From IMG/VR virus record IMGVR_UViG_3300027573_000779, positions 1-64,000 of that record: 64,000 nucleotides of DNA; one strand, given 5' to 3'. The notes under the pieces were generated by a model. That model searched no databases and was not told the origin of the DNA. It saw only the letters and a program-made list of their open reading frames with translations. Positions 22,381-31,196 of the stretch are shown here, piece by piece (positions within the stretch are counted from its first letter, which is position 1; every line of letters begins with the position of its first letter). The position numbers and the translations under genes are program-made.

Positions 22381-23417
22381 CTCCGGTTCCAAACAAACTT
22401 TCTGAATTTTTTCGGTCCAAAAAGAGCAATCAAAATAGCCTGAAAATCACGATAAAATTCTGTAATGTTTTGTATACGATGAAGATGACTTAGTTGTGCC
22501 GCCTTCATCAAATCCTTAATCGCAGTTGGTAACTTATTGTTGGTCAAATAGTTAAGAATTTTGGACGCCATGTAAATGTCAAACCCAAAATTCAATTCTT
22601 TTTTGTCTTTATATTCAGGGGGATAAAAATCTTTATATTTAGGAACAATTGCTTTTAATTTTGTGCCCTTTTTTCCAGAATAACACCAATCGATAAGCAA
22701 ACCTTCGTGAGTTTCGGGAATTACAAGAACATGAGAAGGAATGATTGCGCCGTGAACATAACCGGAATCATGAGCAGCAATAAGAGCGGATAAAAGTCTA
22801 TTAAACATCCAAGCAGCGTCCCTAACATCAATACCGTCTGGATAGACCCTTTTAATTTCTTCTAAGGAAACGAACTTTGGATTGTAAGGAAAAACATTAG
22901 CCCTTTTAGTGCCGCCATCTTTAATATCTATCCCAAAGAAAGGTTTTAGTATTAACTTAACAATACTGTGCGCTGCAACAGGAGATTTGTAAATTCCATT
23001 TAAAGTATCTAGTTCGGTTTTAAGGAAGACGTTGTGTTTTGGGTCCCGAGACACCTTAACCATAACTTCCTCAGAATTAAAATGGCCCCTATACAAATCG
23101 CAGATGTCCCCATCAGCAAAAATCCCACCAATATCAATATTACCCTTACTAGAAATAATAGTAACGCCGCGACCATCAGTTTCGCGTTTTCCATAAGAAC
23201 CACTCTTAAATTTACACTCAGCTTCCTCTAAAAACTTATTTAATAATATCAGAGCCTCGTGAGCTAAATTCTTATCTGAACATAAATCAGGGTGAGTTTT
23301 TTTTACCCAGTCTCGATAAATTCCTTTTAAATCGCCACTGGTAATATCCCCAAAAATGTCTTCGGCGCAAGTAGCGCTTTGAAGCTGTTTTAAATGCTTT
23401 TTAACGGAAGCAGACAT
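22377..23417 (-). CDS. J-domain-fused Ser/Thr kinase-like protein
   Basis: YRDWVKKTHPD J motif; VMVKVS, LKTE, HGAIIPSHVLV, LIDW kinase-like motifs. Confidence 0.78.
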   Translation of the reverse strand: MSASVKKHLKQLQSATCAEDIFGDITSGDLKGIYRDWVKKTHPDLCSDKNLAHEALILLNKFLEEAECKFKSGSYGKRETDGRGVTIISSKGNIDIGGIFADGDICDLYRGHFNSEEVMVKVSRDPKHNVFLKTELDTLNGIYKSPVAAHSIVKLILKPFFGIDIKDGGTKRANVFPYNPKFVSLEEIKRVYPDGIDVRDAAWMFNRLLSALIAAHDSGYVHGAIIPSHVLVIPETHEGLLIDWCYSGKKGTKLKAIVPKYKDFYPPEYKDKKELNFGFDIYMASKILNYLTNNKLPTAIKDLMKAAQLSHLHRIQNITEFYRDFQAILIALFGPKKFRKFVWNRS

Positions 23418-23613
23418 TAATTTTTTCCATAATAACAGGACATATCAAATTGATATCCTGAGTCGAAAAAAAACTTGGAAATAAGTCTCTAATTTCTTTG
23501 CGTATGTTAGTATCAACGGTATCATCTAAATTGAAATAAATTTCATCTAAAACCTTTTCGTCTAAAATAGAACTAATCCGTTCCCAAACATAATAATAAG
23601 GACTATGTTTCAT
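23401..23613 (-). CDS. Small hypothetical protein, tandem paralog
   Basis: MKHSPYYYVWERISSILDEKVLD resembles 23603-23827. Confidence 0.6.
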   Translation of the reverse strand: MKHSPYYYVWERISSILDEKVLDEIYFNLDDTVDTNIRKEIRDLFPSFFSTQDINLICPVIMEKINVCFR

Positions 23614-23827
23614 TTTCTAAAATATGAATTTCTTCCCTAAGATAAGAATCCATTGAATCGGCATCATCACTCGAAAAATAATCTGGAAACAAGTTGCTAA
23701 TTTTTTTATGAATATCATCATTAACAATATCGATATCGTCCGAGTCAAAAAACTGTCTATCTAAAACCTTTTCGTCTAAAATAGAAGCAATCTGTCCCCA
23801 AACATAAAAAATAGGACTACGTTTCAT
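23603..23827 (-). CDS. Small hypothetical protein, tandem paralog
   Basis: MKRSPIFYVWGQIASILDEKVLD. Confidence 0.6.
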   Translation of the reverse strand: MKRSPIFYVWGQIASILDEKVLDRQFFDSDDIDIVNDDIHKKISNLFPDYFSSDDADSMDSYLREEIHILENET

Positions 23828-24026
23828 TTTCTAAAATTTCTATCATACAAACACAAACGTCTAATTGGTTCGACCGGTAATCTGTTCCAAAAAACTTTTC
23901 TAAAAACAATAATTTGGTTTCCTCACAAACCGTCTTTCTTACTTTATTTAGAATATGTTCTCTGTTTTGTCCAATTATAACACTACAACAAGAACGAAGC
24001 TGATTGGAAACCTGCTCGCTGTCCAT
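23817..24026 (-). CDS. Small hypothetical protein sharing the ILENET C-terminus with its neighbour
   Basis: ORF track. Confidence 0.55.
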   Translation of the reverse strand: MDSEQVSNQLRSCCSVIIGQNREHILNKVRKTVCEETKLLFLEKFFGTDYRSNQLDVCVCMIEILENET

Positions 24027-24032
24027 TTAAGC

Positions 24033-24060
24033 ATGATAAACGGTCTTTTTAAAATGTCAA
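24033..24060 (-). promoter_or_regulatory. Sigma70-type promoter TTGACA-N16-TATCAT
   Basis: TTGACAttttaaaaagaccgttTATCAT. Confidence 0.6.
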
Positions 24061-24107
24061 TACTCCAAAGCCGTAGGGCTTAAACTTTTTTTTAAAAGCA
24101 CCGAGGG

Positions 24108-24296
24108 CTACGAAAGTGACCTAATATCATAAATATCAACATCTTGCAACAAACCGTCGCCTCTTTTTATAAGAAAAGTTTCGACATCCTTCACCTTCAC
24201 AATTTCTCCTGTCCAATTGCCATCTTTAGACACAACCAGAACGGTCTTGTTTAACATTTTTTCGTTTGCCAACAATTTATCAGCTAAGTTTTGCAT
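24108..24296 (-). CDS. Small beta-barrel (SH3/Sm-like) hypothetical protein
   Basis: VLVVSKDGNWTGEIVKV...FLIK. Confidence 0.55.
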   Translation of the reverse strand: MQNLADKLLANEKMLNKTVLVVSKDGNWTGEIVKVKDVETFLIKRGDGLLQDVDIYDIRSLS

Positions 24297-24297
24297 T

Positions 24298-24507
24298 TTA
24301 CAACAGGTCTTTTAGGTCGTTTTTGTTCAGAAACAAGTAATCAATAGTAAATACACTTCCGCTTTTGATTTGAGCGACACAAAGACAAGGATAAGCCGGG
24401 GGTCTGATTTCTTTTTGCTTGGTGTGGGGGGCCAACTCAAAGAAAGCCTCCATCAAACGAAGCAGGACGTTCCAATCCTTTTTATCTTTAAGAATTTTAT
24501 AAATCAT
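24298..24507 (-). CDS. Hypothetical protein
   Basis: ORF track. Confidence 0.5.
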   Translation of the reverse strand: MIYKILKDKKDWNVLLRLMEAFFELAPHTKQKEIRPPAYPCLCVAQIKSGSVFTIDYLFLNKNDLKDLL

Positions 24508-24509
24508 TT

Positions 24510-25100
24510 TTAAATCTTTTCAAAAACCGAATAAGCTCTAATTCGATTTGAAAAACCGCAAATAATCCCAATACATGCAATAAAAATTGAATTTTTTGGT
24601 GGTTTTGGAACCAAGTAATGAATTATGCCTGCCCTTTCTCCTGAATTCATCACATTAAAACAGTTTTTAAGTATCAGACTCGGTGATGGGTAAACATCTC
24701 TTCCTACAATATAATTTTTGGCGTCCTCTGGTGAATAGGGCGGGTCACAAAGATATGCTTTGGGTTTCCATGTTAAAACTTGGTCGTAAGGACTAACGTG
24801 ACCGCATGGGTCTGTATACTTCAAGGGCAAAGGAAACGCTTTTCTAACATCATGTAAAATATCAGGATTGACTTCGGGGTCTAAATCCATTGTTTTATCA
24901 TTTACTCCAAACCCATTTCTATAAGGATAGTCTTTTGCTGCCCCACCACAGACATGAAGAACGGGGTCCTTAATGGTAACGCCCAATAAACGTCTAGCTC
25001 TCTCAGGAAAACCACCTAAGTAAGCGCCGTAATATTTCCTTCCGTTTTTAAGCTTGGCACGAGCTAAAATCCAAACATCTGTAATAGGTCTATAACTCAT
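24510..25100 (-). CDS. Putative amino-methyltransferase-like protein (DPPY motif)
   Basis: VLHVCGG SAM-binding-like motif, MDLD, LCDPPYS. Confidence 0.6.
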   Translation of the reverse strand: MSYRPITDVWILARAKLKNGRKYYGAYLGGFPERARRLLGVTIKDPVLHVCGGAAKDYPYRNGFGVNDKTMDLDPEVNPDILHDVRKAFPLPLKYTDPCGHVSPYDQVLTWKPKAYLCDPPYSPEDAKNYIVGRDVYPSPSLILKNCFNVMNSGERAGIIHYLVPKPPKNSIFIACIGIICGFSNRIRAYSVFEKI

Positions 25101-25357
25101 TTAAAGACCTTTACATTGAGCATATGAATTCTATTACTACAACCTAATGTGGGACAAATAACAAAAAATAATAAACTTGTTGACTTTTCATCATATGTTA
25201 ATTCTTCTTCTTGGGCTTCTACTTCACAACCACAGACAGCACATGTCCCGCTATACGTTGTTGGACTTATTGTCTTTCCTTCTTTGAGTATTTTCATTTT
25301 CTGTCCTTTAAATACCCACAAAACCAAACTACCTAAAAATAAAAACATAGTAACCAC
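25097..25357 (-). CDS. Small zinc-ribbon protein
   Basis: TCAVCGC...ICPTLGC; likely start MKILKEG. Confidence 0.55.
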   Translation of the reverse strand: MVTMFLFLGSLVLWVFKGQKMKILKEGKTISPTTYSGTCAVCGCEVEAQEEELTYDEKSTSLLFFVICPTLGCSNRIHMLNVKVFK

Positions 25358-25484
25358 AGTTTACCAAAACCAAAACACGACAATATATCGTTCGGTGTAT
25401 GCTCTGCAACTTTTTAGATTCCAAACACCAAAAAGATTAAAAATTAAAATAGCAATCATTAACTTAGTATACAAATTCATATGT

Positions 25485-25697
25485 TTATTTCTTTTTAAAT
25501 TTAAAAATTATTTTGTCACCATATTTTTCTTCCAGCGCCCCAATCAAAACACAGGGGCCACAAATCGCTCCCTCAAAAATCAACTGTAATATATCTCCTA
25601 TTGTTATATCTTGCTTTCTAAAATAGAAAATCAATCCAAAACCAATCCAGCCACTTAAAAGATAACTGGCTATTAAAACAATTAACAATATTGTCAT
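25485..25697 (-). CDS. Small two-TM protein, family member 1
   Basis: DITIGDI...GP...DKIIFK motif shared with 27879, 28098 and 28339. Confidence 0.65.
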   Translation of the reverse strand: MTILLIVLIASYLLSGWIGFGLIFYFRKQDITIGDILQLIFEGAICGPCVLIGALEEKYGDKIIFKFKKK

Positions 25698-25948
25698 TTT
25701 TCCACCATTTCCTTAATTTGCTCTACTAGCATAGCAACATCTTCATGTTGCCAATTATAATCTAGTTTTCTGTCCGTTCGCTTAATTAACCCTAAAATAG
25801 ACTTAACTGCGGCATTCCATCCCTTTAAAGCCATTATTTCATCCCTGTTAGTTTTCTCGTTCCAATGAGAATCACCTATAAAAACTTTGTCCCAAAATTT
25901 ATCAAACTGAGTTTCTTTGTCCCAAAATTTATCAAACTGAGTTTTCAT
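25694..25948 (-). CDS. Hypothetical protein with an internal 10-aa duplication
   Basis: KTQFDKFWDKETQFDKFWDK. Confidence 0.6.
   Translation of the reverse strand: MKTQFDKFWDKETQFDKFWDKVFIGDSHWNEKTNRDEIMALKGWNAAVKSILGLIKRTDRKLDYNWQHEDVAMLVEQIKEMVEK
25885..25944. repeat. Perfect 2 x 30-bp tandem repeat
   Basis: CTTTGTCCCAAAATTTATCAAACTGAGTTT x2. Confidence 0.95.
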
Positions 25949-26325
25949 GGTATTAAATCTGGAGTTTCAAAAACATTACCAACTACAGTTACATCTCTAA
26001 CAAAAGACATTCCAGAAAAATTCCAACCACAATGTCTATCTATATCACCGTCATATTCTCCAAACATAACTTCAAAAGTTCTTTTATGACTATTTGAATA
26101 AAATTCTACTAAATCCCCCTCGTAAATATCAACTCCATTTTTATCTTTTAAGCCTGTAAATTGTTGAAAAATAAGGTGTTCTGGAATATCAACGACTTCT
26201 GGCAACTCGCGTCTCTTATAATTAACCACCTTGCCTTCCAAATTAAGGAACATCGCGGCATGTTTATAAATAAATTCCTTTTGCCCTTTGTCCCAAATTC
26301 TAAATTTAAACACTCTAGTTTTCAT
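25945..26325 (-). CDS. YopX family protein
   Basis: FKFRIWD...QQFTGLKDKNGVDIYEGD...VVGNVFETPDL. Confidence 0.9.
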   Translation of the reverse strand: MKTRVFKFRIWDKGQKEFIYKHAAMFLNLEGKVVNYKRRELPEVVDIPEHLIFQQFTGLKDKNGVDIYEGDLVEFYSNSHKRTFEVMFGEYDGDIDRHCGWNFSGMSFVRDVTVVGNVFETPDLIP

Positions 26326-26626
26326 GATTGCCCTCTAACCATTCAACAATGACATCTCCGTGACAACTCAATGGCTTACAGTAACAGCCAAGCCTCTTTC
26401 CTCGTAAGCTTTTAACCATAGCCGCAAAACTTGGATTCTTAACTTGGTCCAAAAACCAACCTTTATATTTTTCAATAGCCTCTTCTCTCGTCGCAACTTT
26501 ATATACAGCTAGGCTATTGTCTAAATGAGAATATGGATTCCCAAATGGAGACCCGCGCCCAATAAATTCGTCATATGCTTCCACCCTTTTGTTGACAACA
26601 AGAGTTTTATTAAGTCTTGTTTCCAT
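26315..26626 (-). CDS. DUF4326 family protein
   Basis: FIGRGSPFGNPY...LRGKRLGCYCKPLSCHGDVI. Confidence 0.88.
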   Translation of the reverse strand: METRLNKTLVVNKRVEAYDEFIGRGSPFGNPYSHLDNSLAVYKVATREEAIEKYKGWFLDQVKNPSFAAMVKSLRGKRLGCYCKPLSCHGDVIVEWLEGNHEN

Positions 26627-26987
26627 ATTTTTCCTCTATCATCTTCCAGTAGTGGTTTACTGGTAACTTTTCTAAGTCATCGTCCCAAGTTCCATCCTTA
26701 ATCATTTGTTCTTTAATGGGTTTTTGGGGCTGTTCGTTTCGGCGCAAACAAACCCACTTAATAACCCCATCACCCTTTTTTTGCTCCCATAAAGCATAAA
26801 GCTTGGGAATCTCTTCAAAGGGCAAGTCTTCTGCGTCAGCACATCCCGCAAACATGTCATTACAACCGACTAGTATATCTGTTTGTATTCTGTTCCTATG
26901 AACTGGGTGAGTATTTATAAGAAACACCCATCCTGCTTCAATAAGTTCGCTCAAAGCCTCTGATTCAGTTGTAAGATATTTATCCAT
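26610..26987 (-). CDS. Hypothetical protein
   Basis: ORF track. Confidence 0.6.
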   Translation of the reverse strand: MDKYLTTESEALSELIEAGWVFLINTHPVHRNRIQTDILVGCNDMFAGCADAEDLPFEEIPKLYALWEQKKGDGVIKWVCLRRNEQPQKPIKEQMIKDGTWDDDLEKLPVNHYWKMIEEKYGNKT

Positions 26988-26997
26988 TTAATCTCTT

Positions 26998-27207
26998 TCA
27001 TTTGTTAAAAAGATTTACAAGCAACCAAGTAATCCACGAACAGGCAGTAACAAAAAGGGCTATTACAAAAGAAATTGCCGTCCCAAGGCCAGACATAATA
27101 CCTGAATCATTCCGCTCGGTAAAAGCTGTAAAAGCAACGCCTGAAAACGCAATAATTGTTATAATGGCTGGAATACACCAACTAGTTAAAGTGAAAGTAA
27201 TATTCAT
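26998..27207 (-). CDS. Small two-TM membrane protein
   Basis: Two hydrophobic helices. Confidence 0.55.
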   Translation of the reverse strand: MNITFTLTSWCIPAIITIIAFSGVAFTAFTERNDSGIMSGLGTAISFVIALFVTACSWITWLLVNLFNK

Positions 27208-27228
27208 TTAATCGCTATTCTTTGTTTT

Positions 27229-27882
27229 TTATAATTGATGAAGAAGTCCTCCGGGTCTTTGTTGCCCCTTTATAGTCTTCATGATTTGTTTATCTATCAT
27301 ATCACCAAGAAGAAGCTCTTTTGCTTTTCTTTTTAAATATTTTCTTCTTTGTTTTGTCGCTTCATACAATACTATACCCGTAGAAGTGCCTAAATTCAAG
27401 CTTTCAATTATCCCACACATGGGAATATTAATGCAACACTCACTGTTATCTATTGCGGCCTGACTAACACCCTGACTTTCGTTGCCGAACCAAATTGCCA
27501 GTTTCTTATGAGTGTAATCCCCTTCCTCTAAAATAACATTCTTTTTACCCTTAAGGTGTGGAGAGGTCACCATTGATACAAACCCTTTACTATTAAGATA
27601 TTTTATACATGAATCGGTGTCGGGATAACACTTAACAAAAGCCCATTTAATAGCAGAAACAGAAATTTTGTTTAAAGAGCCTGTTTCTCTCATTGTCTGC
27701 CAATATGCAGGTAAAAGTCTATACCCATCAACGACATATAGTTTTTGAACTCCTAGAGCGTCAATGTTACGGACCACTGAGCCGATGTTTTCAATCGTCT
27801 TGGGATTTTCCAAAACGGCAATTAAGTTCTTACAGCGTAATTGCTTTGCTCTATCAGCTTTCAGACGAAGATTGGTCTTCAT
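27229..27882 (-). CDS. SpoU/TrmH-family RNA 2'-O-methyltransferase
   Basis: VLENPKTIENIGSVVR (motif 1), FGNESQG (motif 2), IPMCGIIESLN (motif 3). Confidence 0.9.
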   Translation of the reverse strand: MKTNLRLKADRAKQLRCKNLIAVLENPKTIENIGSVVRNIDALGVQKLYVVDGYRLLPAYWQTMRETGSLNKISVSAIKWAFVKCYPDTDSCIKYLNSKGFVSMVTSPHLKGKKNVILEEGDYTHKKLAIWFGNESQGVSQAAIDNSECCINIPMCGIIESLNLGTSTGIVLYEATKQRRKYLKRKAKELLLGDMIDKQIMKTIKGQQRPGGLLHQL

Positions 27883-28097
27883 TTCTTTTTTCCTTTTAAA
27901 ATCACCTTGCTACCGTATCTTTCGAACAAAAACTGCACAAAAGGAATTAAGAGTATCGGCCCCAAAAATCCAGCGAAAAACCCTCCAAATAATTCCTCAA
28001 GTAGAAGGTCTTCTCCATCTAAGTAATGAAGATAAGTGAAGAAAACAATAAGCGCCCAACCACATAAAACCCACCCAATAATAATGTAAAATATCAT
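27879..28097 (-). CDS. Small two-TM protein, family member 2
   Basis: GP motif and basic C-terminus. Confidence 0.65.
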   Translation of the reverse strand: MIFYIIIGWVLCGWALIVFFTYLHYLDGEDLLLEELFGGFFAGFLGPILLIPFVQFLFERYGSKVILKGKKK

Positions 28098-28316
28098 TTA
28101 TTTTTTTCTCCGAAAAATTACTTTGTCATCCAGTCTTATTGACAAACTCATAAATAGAATAATAACCGCAAACGGCCCCATAAAAGAAAACCCACAGGCA
28201 ATCAAAATATCGCCAAGAGTTATTTCGTCGTTTTCCAAGTATTCGGATGCGACTATCAAAGCACAACCTATGCTGCACCAAACAAACACAACAAATATAA
28301 TACCAAGAGTTGCCAT
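28098..28316 (-). CDS. Small two-TM protein, family member 3
   Basis: EITLGDI...GP...DKVIFRRKK. Confidence 0.65.
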   Translation of the reverse strand: MATLGIIFVVFVWCSIGCALIVASEYLENDEITLGDILIACGFSFMGPFAVIILFMSLSIRLDDKVIFRRKK

Positions 28317-28338
28317 AAATTAACTGTAAGACGGGAGT

Positions 28339-28560
28339 TTAGTCGTTGTTTTGCTTTTTTCCTTTAATTATAACTATGTCATCCTCTTCAATTAAGAAGA
28401 ACGCAAGCCAAACCACTAAAACAATAGGACCTAAAACACCGAACAATAAACTATTAATTATTTTTTGTAATGTTATATCAAAACCCTGTATATAATCTTT
28501 ATAAATAAATAAAACTAAAGGAATCCAACCTACTAAGAACCATCCTATAACGTATATCAT
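28339..28560 (-). CDS. Small two-TM protein, family member 4
   Basis: DITLQKI...GP...DIVIIKGKK. Confidence 0.65.
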   Translation of the reverse strand: MIYVIGWFLVGWIPLVLFIYKDYIQGFDITLQKIINSLLFGVLGPIVLVVWLAFFLIEEDDIVIIKGKKQNND

Positions 28561-28775
28561 ATTTCACCTTTCCAACAAATCTTATTTGCGCGTTCAGCAG
28601 CTTTCTTTTTTGAAATATCTTCTTGTATTTTTTTCATACACTTTTTCGCATCTTCTTCCCTTCTCAACGTGCAAAACCCATAGGTCCACGTGTCAAAATC
28701 GTGCCACATTCCAAACTCACGAAACTGAGGAAGATAAACTTCCCGATAAACGTCGTAAAAGATTCTTACTTTCAT
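28557..28775 (-). CDS. Hypothetical protein
   Basis: ORF track. Confidence 0.55.
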   Translation of the reverse strand: MKVRIFYDVYREVYLPQFREFGMWHDFDTWTYGFCTLRREEDAKKCMKKIQEDISKKKAAERANKICWKGEI

Positions 28776-29869
28776 ACCGCGACCTCTCCTTTTATAGCTG
28801 GATGTGGGTCGTAGCCCTCTAACCTAATATCCTCATACTTGAAATCAAAAAGGTCTCGCTTATCGGGGTTGAGCCATAAGCGGGGTAAAGGTTTAGGCTC
28901 GCGGCTTAGTTGCTCATTTACCTGCTCTTTATGATTCTCATAAATATGCAAATCTCCATAGGTATGAATGAAAGTTCCCGGCTGCATATTAACACAATGG
29001 GCGACCATTGCTAATAGGAGACTATAAGATGTGATGTTGAATGGCACGCCTAGGAAAGTATCACAGCTTCTTTGATAGAGTAGAAGATTAAGACGGCGAC
29101 TTGGAACACCCATTCTATTTAAAGCCTCTTCTTGCTCTTGAATAGTATGGTAACCTACTTGGCCCCACGAGCCTTCTTTTTGTTTGTAAGTGGGGTTTTT
29201 AAAAGATAGCTCAAATCTTTCGTCGTGTGTTAGTTCCTCAGTATGAAACTGAAACAAGCAATGGCACGGCGGCAGCGCACATTTCTCGACCCAATAAGGA
29301 TGCCATGCACTTACTATCATGCGGCGGTCATCGGGGTTAGTCTTGAGTTTGTCGAGGACTTTCTGGAGTTGGTCTACCTCTCCCTTCAGTCCTTGTTCAA
29401 CACAATTCTCATAAAAATATGGAAATGCTCGCCACATCCCACCATAAGTTCCTTCGCCTAATTCTCCATGCTCGGCAGCAAATTTTTCGTCATTCTTTAT
29501 TCTCTCTAAGAACTTATCCATAGATAAAGCTCTTCCGTGTTCGTCGCCATCCCATTTAAAAATACCAGTAAGAGTTGGAAACTTTTCAGCATACCTCTTA
29601 TAGGGCCAAGAATTCCAAATATGAACGTCATTATCCACCAAATACTTAATGTTGGTATCTCCCCGTATGAACCATAACAGTTCGTGAACAACGCCTTTAA
29701 ACCACACCTTCTTAGTTGTTAATATAGGAAACTCCTCAAAACTAACAGGAAACTTCGCCTGCTCCCCAAACACTCCTACAGTATTTATCCCCGTCCGGTT
29801 CTTCTTAACCGTTCCCTTTTCCAGAATAGTATTTAAAAGTCTAAAATATTCCTTGTCAGTATTATTCAT
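28772..29869 (-). CDS. thyA: Thymidylate synthase
   Basis: ALPPCHCLFQF, YQRSCDTFLGVPFN, YGDLHIYENH. Confidence 0.96.
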   Translation of the reverse strand: MNNTDKEYFRLLNTILEKGTVKKNRTGINTVGVFGEQAKFPVSFEEFPILTTKKVWFKGVVHELLWFIRGDTNIKYLVDNDVHIWNSWPYKRYAEKFPTLTGIFKWDGDEHGRALSMDKFLERIKNDEKFAAEHGELGEGTYGGMWRAFPYFYENCVEQGLKGEVDQLQKVLDKLKTNPDDRRMIVSAWHPYWVEKCALPPCHCLFQFHTEELTHDERFELSFKNPTYKQKEGSWGQVGYHTIQEQEEALNRMGVPSRRLNLLLYQRSCDTFLGVPFNITSYSLLLAMVAHCVNMQPGTFIHTYGDLHIYENHKEQVNEQLSREPKPLPRLWLNPDKRDLFDFKYEDIRLEGYDPHPAIKGEVAV

Positions 29870-30608
29870 ATTCTGGAATCATCGTAAGTAATTGTTCGTT
29901 TTTTTTAAAATCCCAAGCGCCTTTGGCGACTAATTGTCCTCTTTCATCTTCCGCGCCCGAAAATTCCCTATAAACAATTCGGCCATTTTTTTGACCGTCA
30001 CTTAAATCTCTTGCCCAATTAATACCTATTTCATGTAACATTTCGTGCATATCTGATTGACTTTTCTTATGTAATTGATTAGGTAAAAAATAATATTGTG
30101 CCAACATTGAAATTGAATTTCTAACACAGTCCTGCTGCCGCCACCTAAAATAGTTCATCACTTCAATCCGGTCAGGAATGGTAAAGACGCGACAATCAAA
30201 ATATGCTTGAGTTTGGTCATACCACTGATTTTTTTCATTAAACTGTCTATAAATTCTTCGTTTGTTAAACTCTGCGGTCATTATACTAGCCGCCACAGAA
30301 GTTATCTTTTGTATATTTCCATCAAACCAAGCACAAGAATCGATATTTTCAAAATCAGTCACCAAAATACTTATTTCGTCTGACTGATTATAAGCAAAAA
30401 CCACACCCTGAATATTAGGAAATAAAGCTAATGTAGCCTCATCCAAATCATTCATTAGCCCGTTATCAAAAGGTTTCAGTAACCCTCTGGTATAGGTATG
30501 AAAAGCTTTCCCATCTAAACGAAGGATAGTATAAGTGCGCCGAGGAAGACTGTAACGAGTTCTGTCTTCGTACTGCTCCTTCATCCTTTGACCGAACAAA
30601 TCATTCAT
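29862..30608 (-). CDS. Thg1-like tRNA(His) guanylyltransferase / 3'-5' polymerase (TLP)
   Basis: ILRLDGKAFH, YNQSDEIS, FDCRVF, RQQDCVRNS. Confidence 0.92.
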   Translation of the reverse strand: MNDLFGQRMKEQYEDRTRYSLPRRTYTILRLDGKAFHTYTRGLLKPFDNGLMNDLDEATLALFPNIQGVVFAYNQSDEISILVTDFENIDSCAWFDGNIQKITSVAASIMTAEFNKRRIYRQFNEKNQWYDQTQAYFDCRVFTIPDRIEVMNYFRWRQQDCVRNSISMLAQYYFLPNQLHKKSQSDMHEMLHEIGINWARDLSDGQKNGRIVYREFSGAEDERGQLVAKGAWDFKKNEQLLTMIPEYE

Positions 30609-30832
30609 TTCTTTTCGAAAATATCCCTAATATTTTTAGCCGCTAATTCAAACATCGAAGCAAGCTTAAGCCAGTCTTTAGAATTCATGTTATTGGCTCC
30701 ATATGTGTCTAAATAAAGACACCAACAAGTACAACAAAGAGTTGTTGGTTTGCGCTTTGCCTTATAATTCTTATGATAATCACATTGGGTTGGGTCAAGG
30801 GTGTCATACGTTGAATTTTTCACTTGGTTCAT
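30605..30832 (-). CDS. Small Cys-rich hypothetical protein
   Basis: CDYH...CCTCW. Confidence 0.55.
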   Translation of the reverse strand: MNQVKNSTYDTLDPTQCDYHKNYKAKRKPTTLCCTCWCLYLDTYGANNMNSKDWLKLASMFELAAKNIRDIFEKK

Positions 30833-31196
30833 TCCTCAGACGGTAAAGTTCTTTAACGGTTTTGTCTATATCTCTAAGAAGTTTTTGGACTTCATTAACT
30901 TGATTGTTTGGCAACTGTTTATTTTCAACCAAAATTCGCAACTCATTATATTGAGCATCCAATATATCTAGCTCCTTTTCATAAGCCTCATCAAAAGTTT
31001 CAACTACAATAATATTATCAATTTCGTCCCAGTTTGCTCTATTAAGAGGGGCGTCAGCAGCGACCCACTTCACCCATTTACCCGAAGGAGAAATTTCAAG
31101 TACTTTAACTTCACTTGGGGAAATTTGAGCTTCATTAAATTTAACCAAACAACGTTTACCAAGTGAATCTTTAACTTTTTGAGACATAATTACCAA
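30804..31196 (-). CDS. Hypothetical protein
   Basis: ORF track. Confidence 0.55.
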   Translation of the reverse strand: MVIMSQKVKDSLGKRCLVKFNEAQISPSEVKVLEISPSGKWVKWVAADAPLNRANWDEIDNIIVVETFDEAYEKELDILDAQYNELRILVENKQLPNNQVNEVQKLLRDIDKTVKELYRLRNEPSEKFNV

